A DNA stretch of 64,000 nucleotides from Lepidodermella squamata (Eukaryota; Animalia; Gastrotricha). Positions 46,510 through 59,366 of this stretch are shown piece by piece. Numbering within the stretch: position 1 is the stretch's first letter; each line of letters opens with the position of its first letter. A model generated the notes under the pieces. That model had not been told where the DNA came from and did no database searches. It was given only the letters and a program-made list of their open reading frames with translations. The DNA is taken from positions 3,100,001-3,164,000 of the forward strand of contig JBLDXI010000042.1 of NCBI GenBank assembly GCA_047495785.1, written 5' to 3'. The position numbers were made by a program, and so were the translations under genes.

Positions 46510-49500
46510 ATGGATATTTTTGACGTTAGCGCTATATCTGGGGTAGGCAACATGACTGGCGCGAATATTTCTGCGATTTCCGAGTACCATGGCCCGGATT
46601 TGACGGCGGACTGCTCTAATTTATCGGTGAGCCAGGCCGCTGAACTGTCGATCCGCCTTAATAACACTGAACGGCAGTACCGTCAGTTTCGCGTCGAAAC
46701 CGACCGCCAATTAGCGCATTTGAAGGCCGACGTTTACGATAGGGATGAACGAGCGTCCCGGCTCGAGATGCAATTAGCCGAAACGTCGACGCGCGCCGAT
46801 GCCCTGCTGCAGTCTTTCAACGAAGACGTACACCGCCTCAACGAACAGAAGCGCCATTTAGAGTCGGAACGGCTGAAATTCATGCAGTTGAACGCCGATC
46901 TAGCGTCGGATCTCGACCGAAAACGCAACGAACTGGCGTCGGTTAAAATGCAGCTGACGCTAGCCGAGGAGAAGGCGGTGAAGTCGGCGGCTCATGTCGA
47001 GAAGCAGATGCAAGAATTCAAGCAATTGCACGATAAATACAACATGACTAAGCGCCGGTTGTTGGAAGCTGCGAAATTGAAGGCCAGAATTGAGGCGCTC
47101 GAGTCGGAAAACGACCGGTTACAGCATGAGGGTTCGGCAAAAATGCGGCTCTCCAATGAACTGCAGCAACTAAGCGATTTAGAGCGCGAAAATTCGAGGT
47201 TGAAAAGTGAATTGGGCGTAATTCGGCAGTACAACGAGAATGTTGATGTGCTACGCGAAAAAGTGTCCCATTTAACGTCTTCGCTCGACACGGCTAAGGC
47301 GGATTTAAGCCGGCTTAGTTCGGTTGAGACGGAGAACAATTTTCTGAAGGAAAAATTGCGATTTCTCGGCGTGGCGGCTGATTCGATTAGCGGGCCTCAG
47401 ACGAATGCTTCGATTGAATCGAACGCGGCGCTGATGGAGAGGATTCGCAATCTCGAGGCGGCTGCTAAGGTGGACGCGGGTGAAATATCGAGTTTGCGTG
47501 AGGCGCTGTCTGTGCATCGAGATGCGAAAAAACGCCTCACTGATGAGTTGGAACTTGCTCGTGATCGAGTTGCCCAACTCGAGCGGCAGAAGGCGGAGGA
47601 AAGCGACGCGTTGTCTCAAGTTCGCTCTCAGTTGACGATGTCTTCAAGCGAACGCGACTCCTTCCGCAGTTTATGTGAGTAAAAAATTTTGTTTACAATC
47701 ATTTAGGAATTGAAAATTATTTAGGAATTAAAATTATTGAGAAATGGAGAGATCCATATATCTCGTATGACAAGAAACGAAATTCAGATAACATTTGGCG
47801 CTCAAGTCATATATTTTCCTAAGTTAACTGAATTGAAATTTGAGTTTTTCTAGTCAAAGGTTGAAAAAGGAAATGTAATGGTATAGGTTTGATAACTTAT
47901 GATTCATCATGAACCCCAATTCAGATGATTCGATGTAAAATTTCACTGAAAATAGCCATTTAAAGGCGTTTAAAACTCGTTTCACATTTGGATTTTTTTT
48001 TTACTTTTCAAATTTTTCATTTTCAAGAATGAAAAATGAAAATGAAAAATAGAAAAATTATAATTCGGGGATTTTTAAAAATTTTGTTTGATTTAGGCTG
48101 ATCCTTATAAACCCGATCCTTATAAAATATACCATCCAAAATATTTTTTCAAAAGGTCCTTTTGAAAACATTTCTTGATCATGATTTGGTAAAATTATTC
48201 GATAATTGACTTTTTGATGCCAAATTTTGGCAATCAATTTTTGTTCAGCTAAAAATACAGAAAAATTGATAATCGAAATAAAATAGATTGACGGAAGCGC
48301 CAATCTAAATTGTGTACCATACTGGAACCTGGAACTAGAGTCCTCACAGTTTCAATTATAAAGCTATTTATTTAGCTCGATTTTAGTCATAATTTTGAAT
48401 TTTCCAAAAATTTGAAAAAATCCATTTTCAAGCAAAAATTTTCTTGATGAGATTCTTGACTTTATTTTCTTCGTTTTTAGTGCAAATGGTTGAAAGGCAT
48501 CTTGGTTTCACCGGCAGCCCGTTATCAGCTCAAGTTGCCGCAAATGTCCGCGTTCCGACGCAAATCAAAGAGCTGGAAGCAGCTTTCGAATCTCACAAAG
48601 CCGAAGTTGCGCGAATTCGCAACGAGCTGCTGGCAGCGAGGCGAAAAACCGAAACCGCCGAGGATGAACTATCGTCTCTCCGCGAAGAATTATCGAAAAC
48701 TAAGGCAGCTCTCGAGGCGAAAACCGCCGAAATGGCCGTGATTCAGTTTGAACATGCGCGTTATGCCGAGTTGATTGAAGCCTCGACTGGGTCAAAGCCG
48801 TGCTTGGATGAAGACGAGGCCGAGGCGAGGCGTGGCGTGACACTTCATTTCAAAGCGAACCCGGCCGATTTGGCGCACAAGGACTGGCTGACTGACGAGG
48901 CGATTTCGTTGGAGCAACAACGACGCGCTCAACGCGCTCGCCACATTTCAGGCGGCGGCGGGGCTGCTGCAGAGGCGGCGCCTATAGATGCGATAACATC
49001 GGCAGGTTTGGCAGAGTGTAATGCATGAAAAAGAGGGACTGTAATTGAATTGTGTTAATTCATTTAGAGGTGGAAGATTTGCGGCGGCGTCTCGACGCGC
49101 TCGAGCGTGCGCTTGAGCGAAAGGAGAAGGACCTGAAAGCCACACGAGAAATGGCTGCTTTCGGCCTCAAAGAACTCCAGTAAGTTTTCAATTTTCTTAG
49201 CCAAGCGGATTTAATTTTATTTTGGAACATGATATAAATGGCAAAGGTGTGAAAATTTCAAATCTCGATAAAAATCAAGTAGAAATTGTTTATTTTGTTT
49301 TATCTAATCTTCCATTTGTGGGAGAAAAAAATGAGATAAAATTCCGTATTTATTCAAACCTGAAATACTTTTATATTTGCTCGTGTTTGATTTTGTTGAT
49401 TGCATATTGCAAATGAATGGTCTCATGAGGTAATCATCATGGGTCCATTTTTATCGACCGAATAAATGTCCAAATAAACGGAAATTTTTTTACATAAATT

Positions 49501-50150
49501 AATTTCTCAAATATTTCAATTTTTCCGAATAATACTCTTTTAATTAACGAATTCGTAGGAAAATTGGAGAACAAATGAAAGGATAGCTTTTTTGCAAAAT
49601 AAAAATGGCGGGTAAAGGTAAGTTTGGAAGTTTGTTTCAACGGAGAACCAGAAAAATCGGCCAGCAATTTCTATTCAAAACTTCATAAATTTAAAATAGA
49701 TACTGGAAAGTTCTTTGTTTTTAATTTTTTTCACGATATTTTTGTTAGTATATTTTATCATGACGTTGTTCTGAAAATTGGAATGAGAAACAATATTAAA
49801 AGTTTTCCGTCTCGGTTTTTTTAATTTTATCTGTTTATTTTAATATGTTGTTGCATTTTTGCGTTGACAGCTCAGCCGTGACGCATCTGCTTGGTTACGA
49901 GTTGAACTTGAACGCAGCCGATAAGATCTACTCGCTGCGAAGTGCTTACGCCGAGCCGACAGAAATGTTTTTGTTCAAGCCGCGGCACAACGCTAAAACC
50001 GGCGCAGTGTCTTTCCAGTTGCTGGAGACGGAAATGGCGCGGCGTTTCAAAGAAAACGTCCAGCTTTACATTATCCAACACCAATCGATCCCGGCCTTCC
50101 TAGCTGCTGTCACTACCGATCTTTTCAGCAAACAAACCCTTATCGCTTAG
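46510..50150 (+). CDS. MAD1L1: Mitotic spindle checkpoint protein MAD1
   Basis: Long coiled coil, Mad2-interaction motif VTLHFKANP and C-terminal RWD-type end LLGY..YSLRSAYAE..LLET..SIPAFLAAVTTDLFSKQT; four exons. Confidence 0.9.
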
Positions 50151-50284
50151 GGTGGCTCAATCAATTTTTATGAAAAATTTCTTTGCGTTTCAGTTTTGTT
50201 GCCATAAAAAGCCAAACTCAATTTGGAAAAATCCGCCTTAAAAAATGACATTTTTATAGTTTTTTATAGTTTTTAAATTGAGAA

Positions 50285-50699
50285 ATGGCTAATCAACCCA
50301 TGTCGTCGGCTGGTGGTGCCAGGGTGCCTAATAGCCTCGGATTTATGGAAATCGATTACGAAGGCGTCATTAGAGTGGTTAGCTTAAGCCTCTGATTTCT
50401 TCTTTTTCTAGTTTATTATCTTCATTTTTTTCCAGTCCGAGGATGAATTGGCGAATTCTGAGACTCTGGCGGCTCATTTTGCGTCGATAATGCAAAACGC
50501 GAGTCGGCTATCTCAAGACGCGGGTGGTCCGAATCGTCTTGGAAAATTCCACCGTGTCTCACTGGTCTACCCCGACTTCACGTATCATTTAACCACGGCT
50601 GGCCAGGGCAAAATTTTTGTCGTCAAAGTGCGATCGCCGCATCTTGAAACCGGCTCAGTATCAGTTGTTCCGGGTGATTTTTCCGCCGTAAATGCATAA
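50285..50699 (+). CDS. LAMTOR4: Ragulator subunit LAMTOR4
   Basis: Two exons. RVPNSLGFM..GVI..SEDELANSE..FHRVSLVY..GKIFVVK matches the LAMTOR4 roadblock pattern. Confidence 0.85.
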
Positions 50700-51326
50700 A
50701 AATTGCAAAGCATCAGATCAAATATTGATTTATCCGCAATCGATAACTAACGCTATTTAAATTTTCCAATCGGTTCTAATTTGATTTGAATAAAAGAAAA
50801 GCTTGGCTTGACATATTCTGAAATCTTTTATCGATCGGAGGAAGTCCGAAATGTTGTAAGCTGGTGTTTGTATCGAAAAACAGCGCGCGGGATAACAATG
50901 AGAACGCGTAATTGCTAATAATATTACACCCCCAACATCACGCTAATGGTGCTTTAAGGCGGCTGCCGTTGTTATTTTGCGAATATCGACAATGTTTACG
51001 CTATGGGGCTCATTACAGCTCGTGTATATTCACGCGCAATATTGCTTCAGCGGGAGACGCGCGTGGCCTTGTATGGATGATATACATCATAGTCTATTAA
51101 GGGCGCGTGGCAGTGGAATACTAATGCGCCAAGTAAGGTGCCAAGCTCTGCACTCAAAAATGAGCTGTGCCTTATATGCCCACAACACTTCAGAAAGACT
51201 TGGCTGAAACACGTGCCTACCATTAAGGTGTCAGGTAAATAAACCATGGGATTGAATTACAAACACGTAGAAGAGCCACGCTTCATAGCAATGTAAATTT
51301 TTATTGTTATTTCAGGGTCATTCGTG

Positions 51327-52328
51327 TTAGGAGAAAAGTCGCCATAAAGTGTCCCACAGGTAAATGACACGAACCTGCTCGAGATTGAGGCACCTTGTCG
51401 TGGTTTCATTCTTAAGCTTAACGAGTTCTAGCTCACTAACAAACTCGGATACTTCCGCGTTTTGTTTGAGGTAAAGGCGATGCTTTAAAACTCGTTCCGC
51501 CAACACGCGAAGCCTTACCCTATCCGTATCAGGTAACGTGAGTAGGGAAAATACGTTGCATAGCAAATCCAAGGCGTCGCAGTACGAGCCTTTTATCAGC
51601 CCCATTATCGCAGCCAAGTTGATGCCGTTTTTATCACTCAAAGTCGAGTCGACAAATTCGTGGAAGTTTTTAGAATATAGCTTGATAGCGGTTTGAAACG
51701 CTGTGTAATATGCCTCAGCTCGGGCTCTGTCGTTTGCCAGCCAAATTTTGAAGGCAGCATCGAAAAATTCGAACTCTAACCCGAAACCACCACGGCCATG
51801 TGGGTAGATTCCCATGAAGAATTCAGCGAAGATGTGGAGAGCGCCTTCATTAAAGTTTCTGCAACAATTGACACTACGGAGTTTCATGAAAGCTTCCTGG
51901 CAGCTGACAGCGTCAAACCCACACGACTCCCAGTTGACCTTGCAATCCATTTCGTACATTAGGGTGGTGTTTTTGCTGTTACATTCGCAAACACAGGTGA
52001 ATACCGCGATTTCAGAGCTGTAGCCAATGTTTTTATGAAGAAGGAATTTCAATAGTTCACGACGCGTCGCAACAGGCTGGTTTTGAGGTATATCCAGCGC
52101 GGTCCGGTAGATGTTCCCGTCTTCATCGCCGTGGGCGAAAATGATAACATTCCGACCAGGTTGGTAATTTTTTCGGAAAAAGTCGAGTGAAGTGCAGTAG
52201 CCGCCGTAATTTTGAACACCACTTTGAGGGCCCAGTAGGTTCCAAATGAAGATATGCTGGCGGCGATTGATGTCGCCCAATAGATTGATAACTATATAAG
52301 GCTTATCGTCACTGATCGAATAGGCCAT
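51327..52328 (-). CDS. Intronless 333-aa protein with a possible clan CD (caspase/CHAT-like) His-Cys dyad
   Basis: Long open frame with VIIFAHGDEDG and IAVFTCVC; the family assignment is inference. Confidence 0.6.
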   Translation of the reverse strand: MAYSISDDKPYIVINLLGDINRRQHIFIWNLLGPQSGVQNYGGYCTSLDFFRKNYQPGRNVIIFAHGDEDGNIYRTALDIPQNQPVATRRELLKFLLHKNIGYSSEIAVFTCVCECNSKNTTLMYEMDCKVNWESCGFDAVSCQEAFMKLRSVNCCRNFNEGALHIFAEFFMGIYPHGRGGFGLEFEFFDAAFKIWLANDRARAEAYYTAFQTAIKLYSKNFHEFVDSTLSDKNGINLAAIMGLIKGSYCDALDLLCNVFSLLTLPDTDRVRLRVLAERVLKHRLYLKQNAEVSEFVSELELVKLKNETTTRCLNLEQVRVIYLWDTLWRLFS

Positions 52329-53557
52329 CTAAAATTGGAAAAAGAGAAGAAATGCAGCTTAGAACAACGAGATGCGACGGAGCGTTTGACACCCAAAAAT
52401 TCTGGTAAGGGATGCGGAAAGCAAGTAAAATGCTTTCAGAAGAGCTTCCGGTGTGATGCCGTCTCGATCATAAAAGACGGGAAAACCGGTGCAATGCGAT
52501 GAGTTCTAAACATAGATACACTTCTGACGATCATGCTCTTTAATACTTGATCGCCGAATTGAGCGGGGCTACCTGTAATAAGATCAAATCAAGGGAATCA
52601 GGGCTTTTATTGAGGAAATTCCCCCGCCTGCGATTTCAAACGTAGGATGAATGATGACTGATGACCAAAGACCTCCAGGGCACAAGTTCCTGGTTGTTTT
52701 TCGCCCAATTAACGGCGTTGCAAGAGTCATTGAAAAGATCAAGCAAACGCCCGAAACCTCTTGGCTGTGGACTCGTCACTGAAGAGGAATGTACGACATA
52801 TAGAAGGGCGCTTATATACATAAAAAACAGTAGTGAGCATACGGGTTCTCTTGAACGAGCCTGTTTGCATAATTTCAAACATCTACGATAGTGGATAATG
52901 ATAATACCTAAGCTCGTGCATGGCGCTGTTATAAGTGAGGTAACAAAATTAATGCGTGTAAATTATTTATAGAAAAAACAAATTGTTTACCCTTTTCATT
53001 GTTCAGTTTTATTTTCACTTGCCAAAGTCGCGTTTATGTACTTCATTAATAGCATTTTCAAGACTTCCTGCGCTCGAGACTTTTGCGAGATGAGAAAAGC
53101 GCAAAAACTTGTGAAGCAACAATGTCGTTTGTATTATTATTATTTTTGCGTTTTTCTCCCGTTCTACGCTGAATAAACACGATATTATTTTAAATAATTC
53201 ATCGCAATATCACCACAACAAATGTTGATTGGGTAGAAAAAACGGGTTCGCTCAATCGAGAGACGAACGGCGTCTTTCGAGAAAGAGTTTGTGGATTTGT
53301 AAAAAAAATAGATTCATCAGGAGAGATTCGAGGCGGCAGCTGACTCATCATCGCGGGATATCGCCTTAAAGCAACAGAAAAATTTACAATTTTTTGTAAA
53401 GAAGCATAATGAATAAAAATAATAAGCATAAGAAAGATTTGTATAAATCGAGAGTAAAATCAGCAGTGTAGCAATTTCTAAAAAACTACGCCTTCCAAAT
53501 AGAATACTGATTTCAATATATGCTGCTCATGTCTTTTGATCATGGAAATTTTGGCTC

Positions 53558-56500
53558 TCAAACCAACGTGTACGAAACAAGCTCCATATTCAGCGCATCC
53601 CCAGTTATTGCCTCGACGAGGCCTGAAATGGTTTCATCAGCTTTCGATTGCGCGACGATGACGCGATCGTCTGGGGTGACTACGATAGCCGACGGGCGAC
53701 TGGGCGAAGATGGTGACAGCGTGATCATGTAGGTTTCCGAAAGCGCAGTGAAAACGGCGACAGAGCTTGTCGAGCGATCGGTGACAAACAAATTGCCTTC
53801 TTTGTCGGCGAACAGCCCAGCGCACGCGAATGGTGCCGGGGCAGACGAAGAGACCGAAATTGATCCAGAACGGCTACGGTTGACCGTCTCTTCGTCATTT
53901 GCAGACGAGACTGAAGACGAGGTTTGCTTCGATGCGGGCTGTTAAAAAAAGCATAGAAGGTTATTGACTGATCTTAAAAAGGTTCCTCTCAAACCAAACG
54001 CAAAAGCTGGGTTTTTTGTTGGGGCATAGCCAATTCTCCGCATAGCAAAAATTCTCGAAATGAAAACTTGATGCCTGTGTCCCTGCAAAAAGGTTGATTC
54101 CTTGTTTCTAAGCTTCAACCTTTGAAACAGGGGTCGCAACCGTTACCCAAGTATCCTAAAATTTGAATGCTTGTTCCCTTCCCAATAAGGTTTGTTCAAT
54201 CATTAGCTTTTGTGTTAAAACTCGCGTTTCTTCAGTATTAGAAAATTGTGACAAGCCAAGCAAGCAGGATAGAGTGATGTAAGGAAACGGCGATGAATTC
54301 TCGAAGATCTCATCTGTTTGTGATTAAAAATAGGAAAAGAAAACAGCAAAACAAGCCTCGGGTAGGTCAAGGGTCAGCGCGCTCATTACCAATGACTGAT
54401 GGCTGCTGGTGACCGTCGACGGTCCGAAAACAGCGGGAGAAACAGCAGCTGCCACTGAGGCGACCTTGATAACACCGAGGAGACGCAACGTGCAATCGGC
54501 GTAACGCCACGCCCTGATATCATCACCGAACAGCCCGACGCTGTAGATTGTGTTACCGCAGGTCGCGAGAAAACGAGGCACGGAACCTTTCCGCTGAAAG
54601 TGGACGATGTTCAGCAGATCACCGTGGTTTGTGTGGATGGTCATCCGAGTCTTGCCTGGGTCGGCAATAACATAAACACCGCCAGATGTCGCAGTGATCG
54701 CCCATGGTTTATCGAGCAACCCAGCGCCGAAAACATGGTTCAGCCGACCCTGCTGGTCGTAGACGTGAACAGCATGGGTAGCTGCATCTGTGATAGCGAT
54801 TTGGTTGTCGTAGACACACATCGCAGTTGGCTGAGCGAGTTTGTTAGAGCGCTGCGGGAAGAAGCACTTCAGCATGCCAGTCATATCGAAAATCTGAACT
54901 CGACGTTCGGAATTAGCGCTCAAAACGACTAGTTCTCCGGTTGAAAGTAGGGCCAAAGCGTCGACTGTTCTCAACTGACGACGGACATCATCCTTCATAA
55001 TGAAGGTCTGGGCGCCGCCTTGTGTCTGAATCAGAGAATCGCCTTCAGCTGCTGGTTTGTACTCAATAATCGGATCAGCATTAGCAGCACCTTCAGCTGG
55101 CATTATGGTGCGAACTAACCGGCCTAGTCTAACTTCGCTTTCGCCAGATAGGAACTGAACAGTGAGTTGGGTTCGATCTGCGAAACTCTCGACGCTGTAA
55201 GGTTCGAATTGAAGAGCTTCGTCCAGATCGTTCAAAACTTCGCCCTTCGCCTTTAGCTGCTCGATAGGCTCGAGATCCTTTCCTAGAACTGCTTTACCAG
55301 CTTCGACCGCACTTTGCAGCGTGACAATAGTTGAATCCATGCGTTTTCGCTCGCTCTCAATCGTAGCGAAGTCGAAGAGTTGGTCAAGCTCGTCAAGAAG
55401 CGTGTCCTTCTGCTTGTTAATCTGCGCAATCAAATTTTCGGCGATAGCGCATAATTCGGATTTAACAAGGTCCTTCTTATCGTTAACGTCCTTCTCAATC
55501 TGTCCGAGCTTTGTTCGTTTTTCGTTCAAGTCAGTCAGTTCGTTCTGAGCCTTGTCGATGTAGTTCTGGCACTCGGCCAGGAATTCTTGGCGAACCTCCT
55601 GTATCGCTTCAATTTCGTGACCAGCGTGATCTGTGACGGTACAAACGAGGCAAATCGGCCCTCGGCACTGGGTGCAAAAGAAGCAGACCGGTTCGCCGCC
55701 ATGCGTGTCACAACAGTGTTGCCGCGCCTTATCGCATAACTCATCATCGGTAAGAGTTAGCAAAGAATGCTTCGCCGTAACTTTGTTTTCGCGATGCCCA
55801 CTGCCACAGTCCTTACAAAGGTTGGTTTTGCACTCAAGGCAGAAGACCTTAGCCGGGGTAGGCTGGCCTTTGAAGTTGCAAATATGGCAGTCGGTGTCAT
55901 CTGTTCGCCGGCTTAGAACATCGCGAAGTCGTTCGACGAAAAACGAGTCTGGGAAACCCTCGGCGCCCTCCTTTGGCATGTAAACCTGGCGACGGCAAAT
56001 CGGGCAGCTGAACTTGCGAAAGTCGAGACGGTAGCTTTCCATGTACTTGTTCAAACACTCGAGGCAAAATGTGTGCAGGCACGGCAGGCTCTTCGGATTT
56101 TTGAAGACGTCGAAGCAGATTTTGCAGAGGAGAAATTCCTCACGAAGACACTCCCGCAAATCTTTACTCATCGAAGCAGCGGCGCCGTTTTCGCTCATTG
56201 AAGGCAGCGGGACATCTCCAGAGTGTTCAACTTCTTCCGTTCGCGAGGAAGTTCTATGCCGGAATCTGCTGCGAGTTCGAGTCGAAGAGTAATCATCTGA
56301 GGCGCTGTCTTCAGCGGTTTTTGTCGACTCCTCTTTTTCTTTTTCCGGGCTTTTCGACCGAGGCGAAGGTGGTGCAGCTGTAGTTGAAGTCGCGCCTCCT
56401 GAGTAGTAGGAGGTTCGATGTGATGGTACATAGCTAGACGAGTAGTTAGAGGTTGTTGAACTAGGGGTGTAGTAACTAGAGGATCCAGTGCCACTTCCGT

Positions 56501-59366
56501 AATTCCCACTAGTGTAAGTTGACGAGTTGTTGCGAGGTGATGAATAAATACCGCTGGAGTAGTTCGAAGATGAGTAACTAGACCCTCCAGTACCGCCGTA
56601 TCCAGTCGCACTGGAACCATAATTGCTTGAACCATAAGTGGAGTTCCGGCCTGAGCTGCCGTAATTAGCCATTGTTCGAGATCCTGATGCTGACCGCTGT
56701 GATCGCTGAAATAACAATCAATTGATTAATCCGCTAATTAGAGGTAATTAACAATTAGGTTAGAGTTTGAGGGGTCATTAGGTAAGAAAAATTGAAAAAC
56801 CACTAACTGAAGTCTCACTAAAGCGTTCAAATGGTGATGTTCCTGGACCCAAAATTGATGATAAGAAATCCATGTGATGAGTTATAGTGCCAAAGCACTG
56901 ATGGGTTTAAATACGCTTGACTAATCACGGCGGTGAATCATTACTTATAGAACTACCGTTAAAGCGGTAAATGTCAAGCGTTGTTTGAAACAGATCGCGG
57001 CGTTTCGATGGGAACGTACTACGCTAATGAAAACATTATCAATAACGTGTTTTACCTGCTGTAGTAGTGTAAATAAAACTGTCGAAACGCGTACGCAGAT
57101 CTCGAGATTGAGTCACAATATTTCGTCGCGATATGAAAAAAATCTAGGTATATGATATTATGATTTTTTTAAGGTCACGTTTTTTATTATTATTATTAAG
57201 CGGAAAAGAATTTATAGTGTGACATTGCGGCGGGTTCCTCATCGACGGCCGTCTCGGTCTATTGTATGCGCGGGGCCCACTTGAATAAATTCGCGTCTAC
57301 TAGCCGCTCGGTGTATAGGGTACAGAAGAAAAAGAACGCACCCCGCGCCTAGGATGGTCACGGTATAATATTTGCCCAGCCCAACCCGCACTACTGCCAA
57401 TCTTCTACCCGAAAGGCACAAAAGGCCGTAACGCTGTAGCACGGAAGTTGGCTATTTTTCATATCTTACAAATAATATTGTGTACTTTGGGCGTTGATTA
57501 CTAGTATAATAATAATAGTAAATAGCTCGCATAGATACTACCTATTTTGTCTCCTTTTTCTATTTTTGAATATTCCGAATACGAGCGGCAGATATAAATG
57601 TACATCTATATGTATTGTGTAGTAAAAATCCGTGCCCCGAATGCCTTTAAGGCGTTTTACGGCAAATATATTTTTTAGGGGGTAGTAATAATGCTAATAA
57701 TAAATAACGAAGCTAGAAATGATTTGTATTTTTTATATACACACATTTCAGCTTTAAAAGCTTTGCGCACATAGCACATAATATATGCGGCTGGGTTTTG
57801 CGTTAACATCTCAATATTACACCGAAACGTTGCATGTGCTCTCTCGCTCGCGTTGGAATGGAAAGGGGAGAAAAAACAAAGCATCGGGCAAAAAAGGCGA
57901 GCATAAAAACCGCGCACAGGTACAGCGCGCGCGCTTCGCTTATTTCCGCGCCTTTTTTCTGCGAGATCCTGCTGGGCGTGTATAAAACAATACCCGCGGC
58001 TGAAAAATTGTATATACCTACCCGGTTGTATCTTGCGATGCGCTCTACCTCTCTCGGCCATCAGAAGACATATCTCTTGCATGCACCTGAAGCTACTGCC
58101 GCCCGATAAGCAAACGGGTTGGGTGTAAAGTAGTTGGTGTGTACAAAATGAACGAATTGGTATGAATTGAATGATAATATTATTATTTGCTTTATATATA
58201 AAACTACAGCCCATTCGGATGAGTTTATCCGCGGTGTAAGGTGTCGAAATCCGGTGCCTCGAGGCCTCTTCACAATGTCGAGAGCCAGGTGTGGCTGCTT
58301 CTCTACCGAAGAACTATTGAATACAAAATAAAATGCTGCAAAACCCACAAGAGGTTATGAAATAACAAACAGCGCAATAAAACGGTGCAGCTTAGAGAAA
58401 AAGATAAAAATGTGCAGAAAAAAATCAGGCAAAAAATCGCGTTAATTCGGTGAATATTTCTTTCGAACAAAAAATACAAAATGTGCTGATTTAGACGAAA
58501 AATGTGGCTGAATTCAGGAATTTCAAAAGCTTGGAAATCGCTTACCGATCCTATTACTGGGTAGCTATAGCTTTTGGTCGTTGCTGGATACTAAGAAAAG
58601 GAAGAAAGTTGGAATTCGAAGCTCAATTTCACTTTAAGAAATTATTTTTGGTCATGAAAATTGCTTCGAAAAAGAATCTGGCCTCATCTTTGATTTCCAA
58701 GGATACAAAATCGTAAGCTAAATTCTCACAAAATACTAAAATGCCGAAGGGTTCGAAATTCGAAGTTCAATCTATGAAACGAGCTTATATTCCACATGTT
58801 TGAACCGTTTGAACCTTGAACCTTGATTTGCCAACTATCGCCAAATAAAAAAAGGAAAATCTATGACTAGTAAGTCTTTGATAGGGTTCAAAGTTCAATA
58901 TCATGGGAATTTTAGTTCGGAATCCTATTTTCGAAGTTTTGTCCCATTATTGGACGGTATTGAAATATTTGAAGTGCTGAAAAATGCGAAATTTCACTAA
59001 ATCGAAGGGTAATTTCATTAAAATTGCAGATATAAGGAATTGCAGTAAGTTGGGAAAAATTACGCTATGTTGAAAATTCCAGTTTTAACGGCTAATTTTG
59101 GTTTGATACTTTGATACGAAGTTGGAACCAACCTGAAGGTACGGCGATCTCGGGCCGACCGAAGATCGCGACGACGGCCGCGGCATTAGCAGCGAAGAAG
59201 CGTCGAAGCGGCCGCGGGATAAGAGCGGAGTCGATGGCGATGATTTGTAATTGCTGCTCGAGTACTTGCTCGACGATGACGACGAGTAACTCGGCGTCGA
59301 TAACAGCGAAGATCGGCTGCTGATGTACGGCGACGAGACGTGAACACGCGCCGATTTCGACGTCAT
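53558..59366 (-). CDS. TRIM-NHL protein (RING, two B-boxes, coiled coil, NHL), TRIM2/3-like, with Ser/Tyr-rich N-terminus
   Basis: Exons 59366-59133 (spliced in frame to 56705), 56705-54390 and about 53938-53558. RING CKIC..PKSLPCLHTFCLEC..CPICR, B-boxes and NHL repeats (PTAMCV, PWAITAT, PSAIVVT). An alternative start at 56672 is possible. Confidence 0.88.

Noticed and set aside
52636-52891. Overlapping 76-80 aa ORFs on both strands
   Set aside because: No motif, no clear start context and no paralog support.
57675-58348. 179-aa and neighbouring ORFs in the first TRIM intron
   Set aside because: Composition is not protein-like; probably chance frames in regulatory or intronic DNA.
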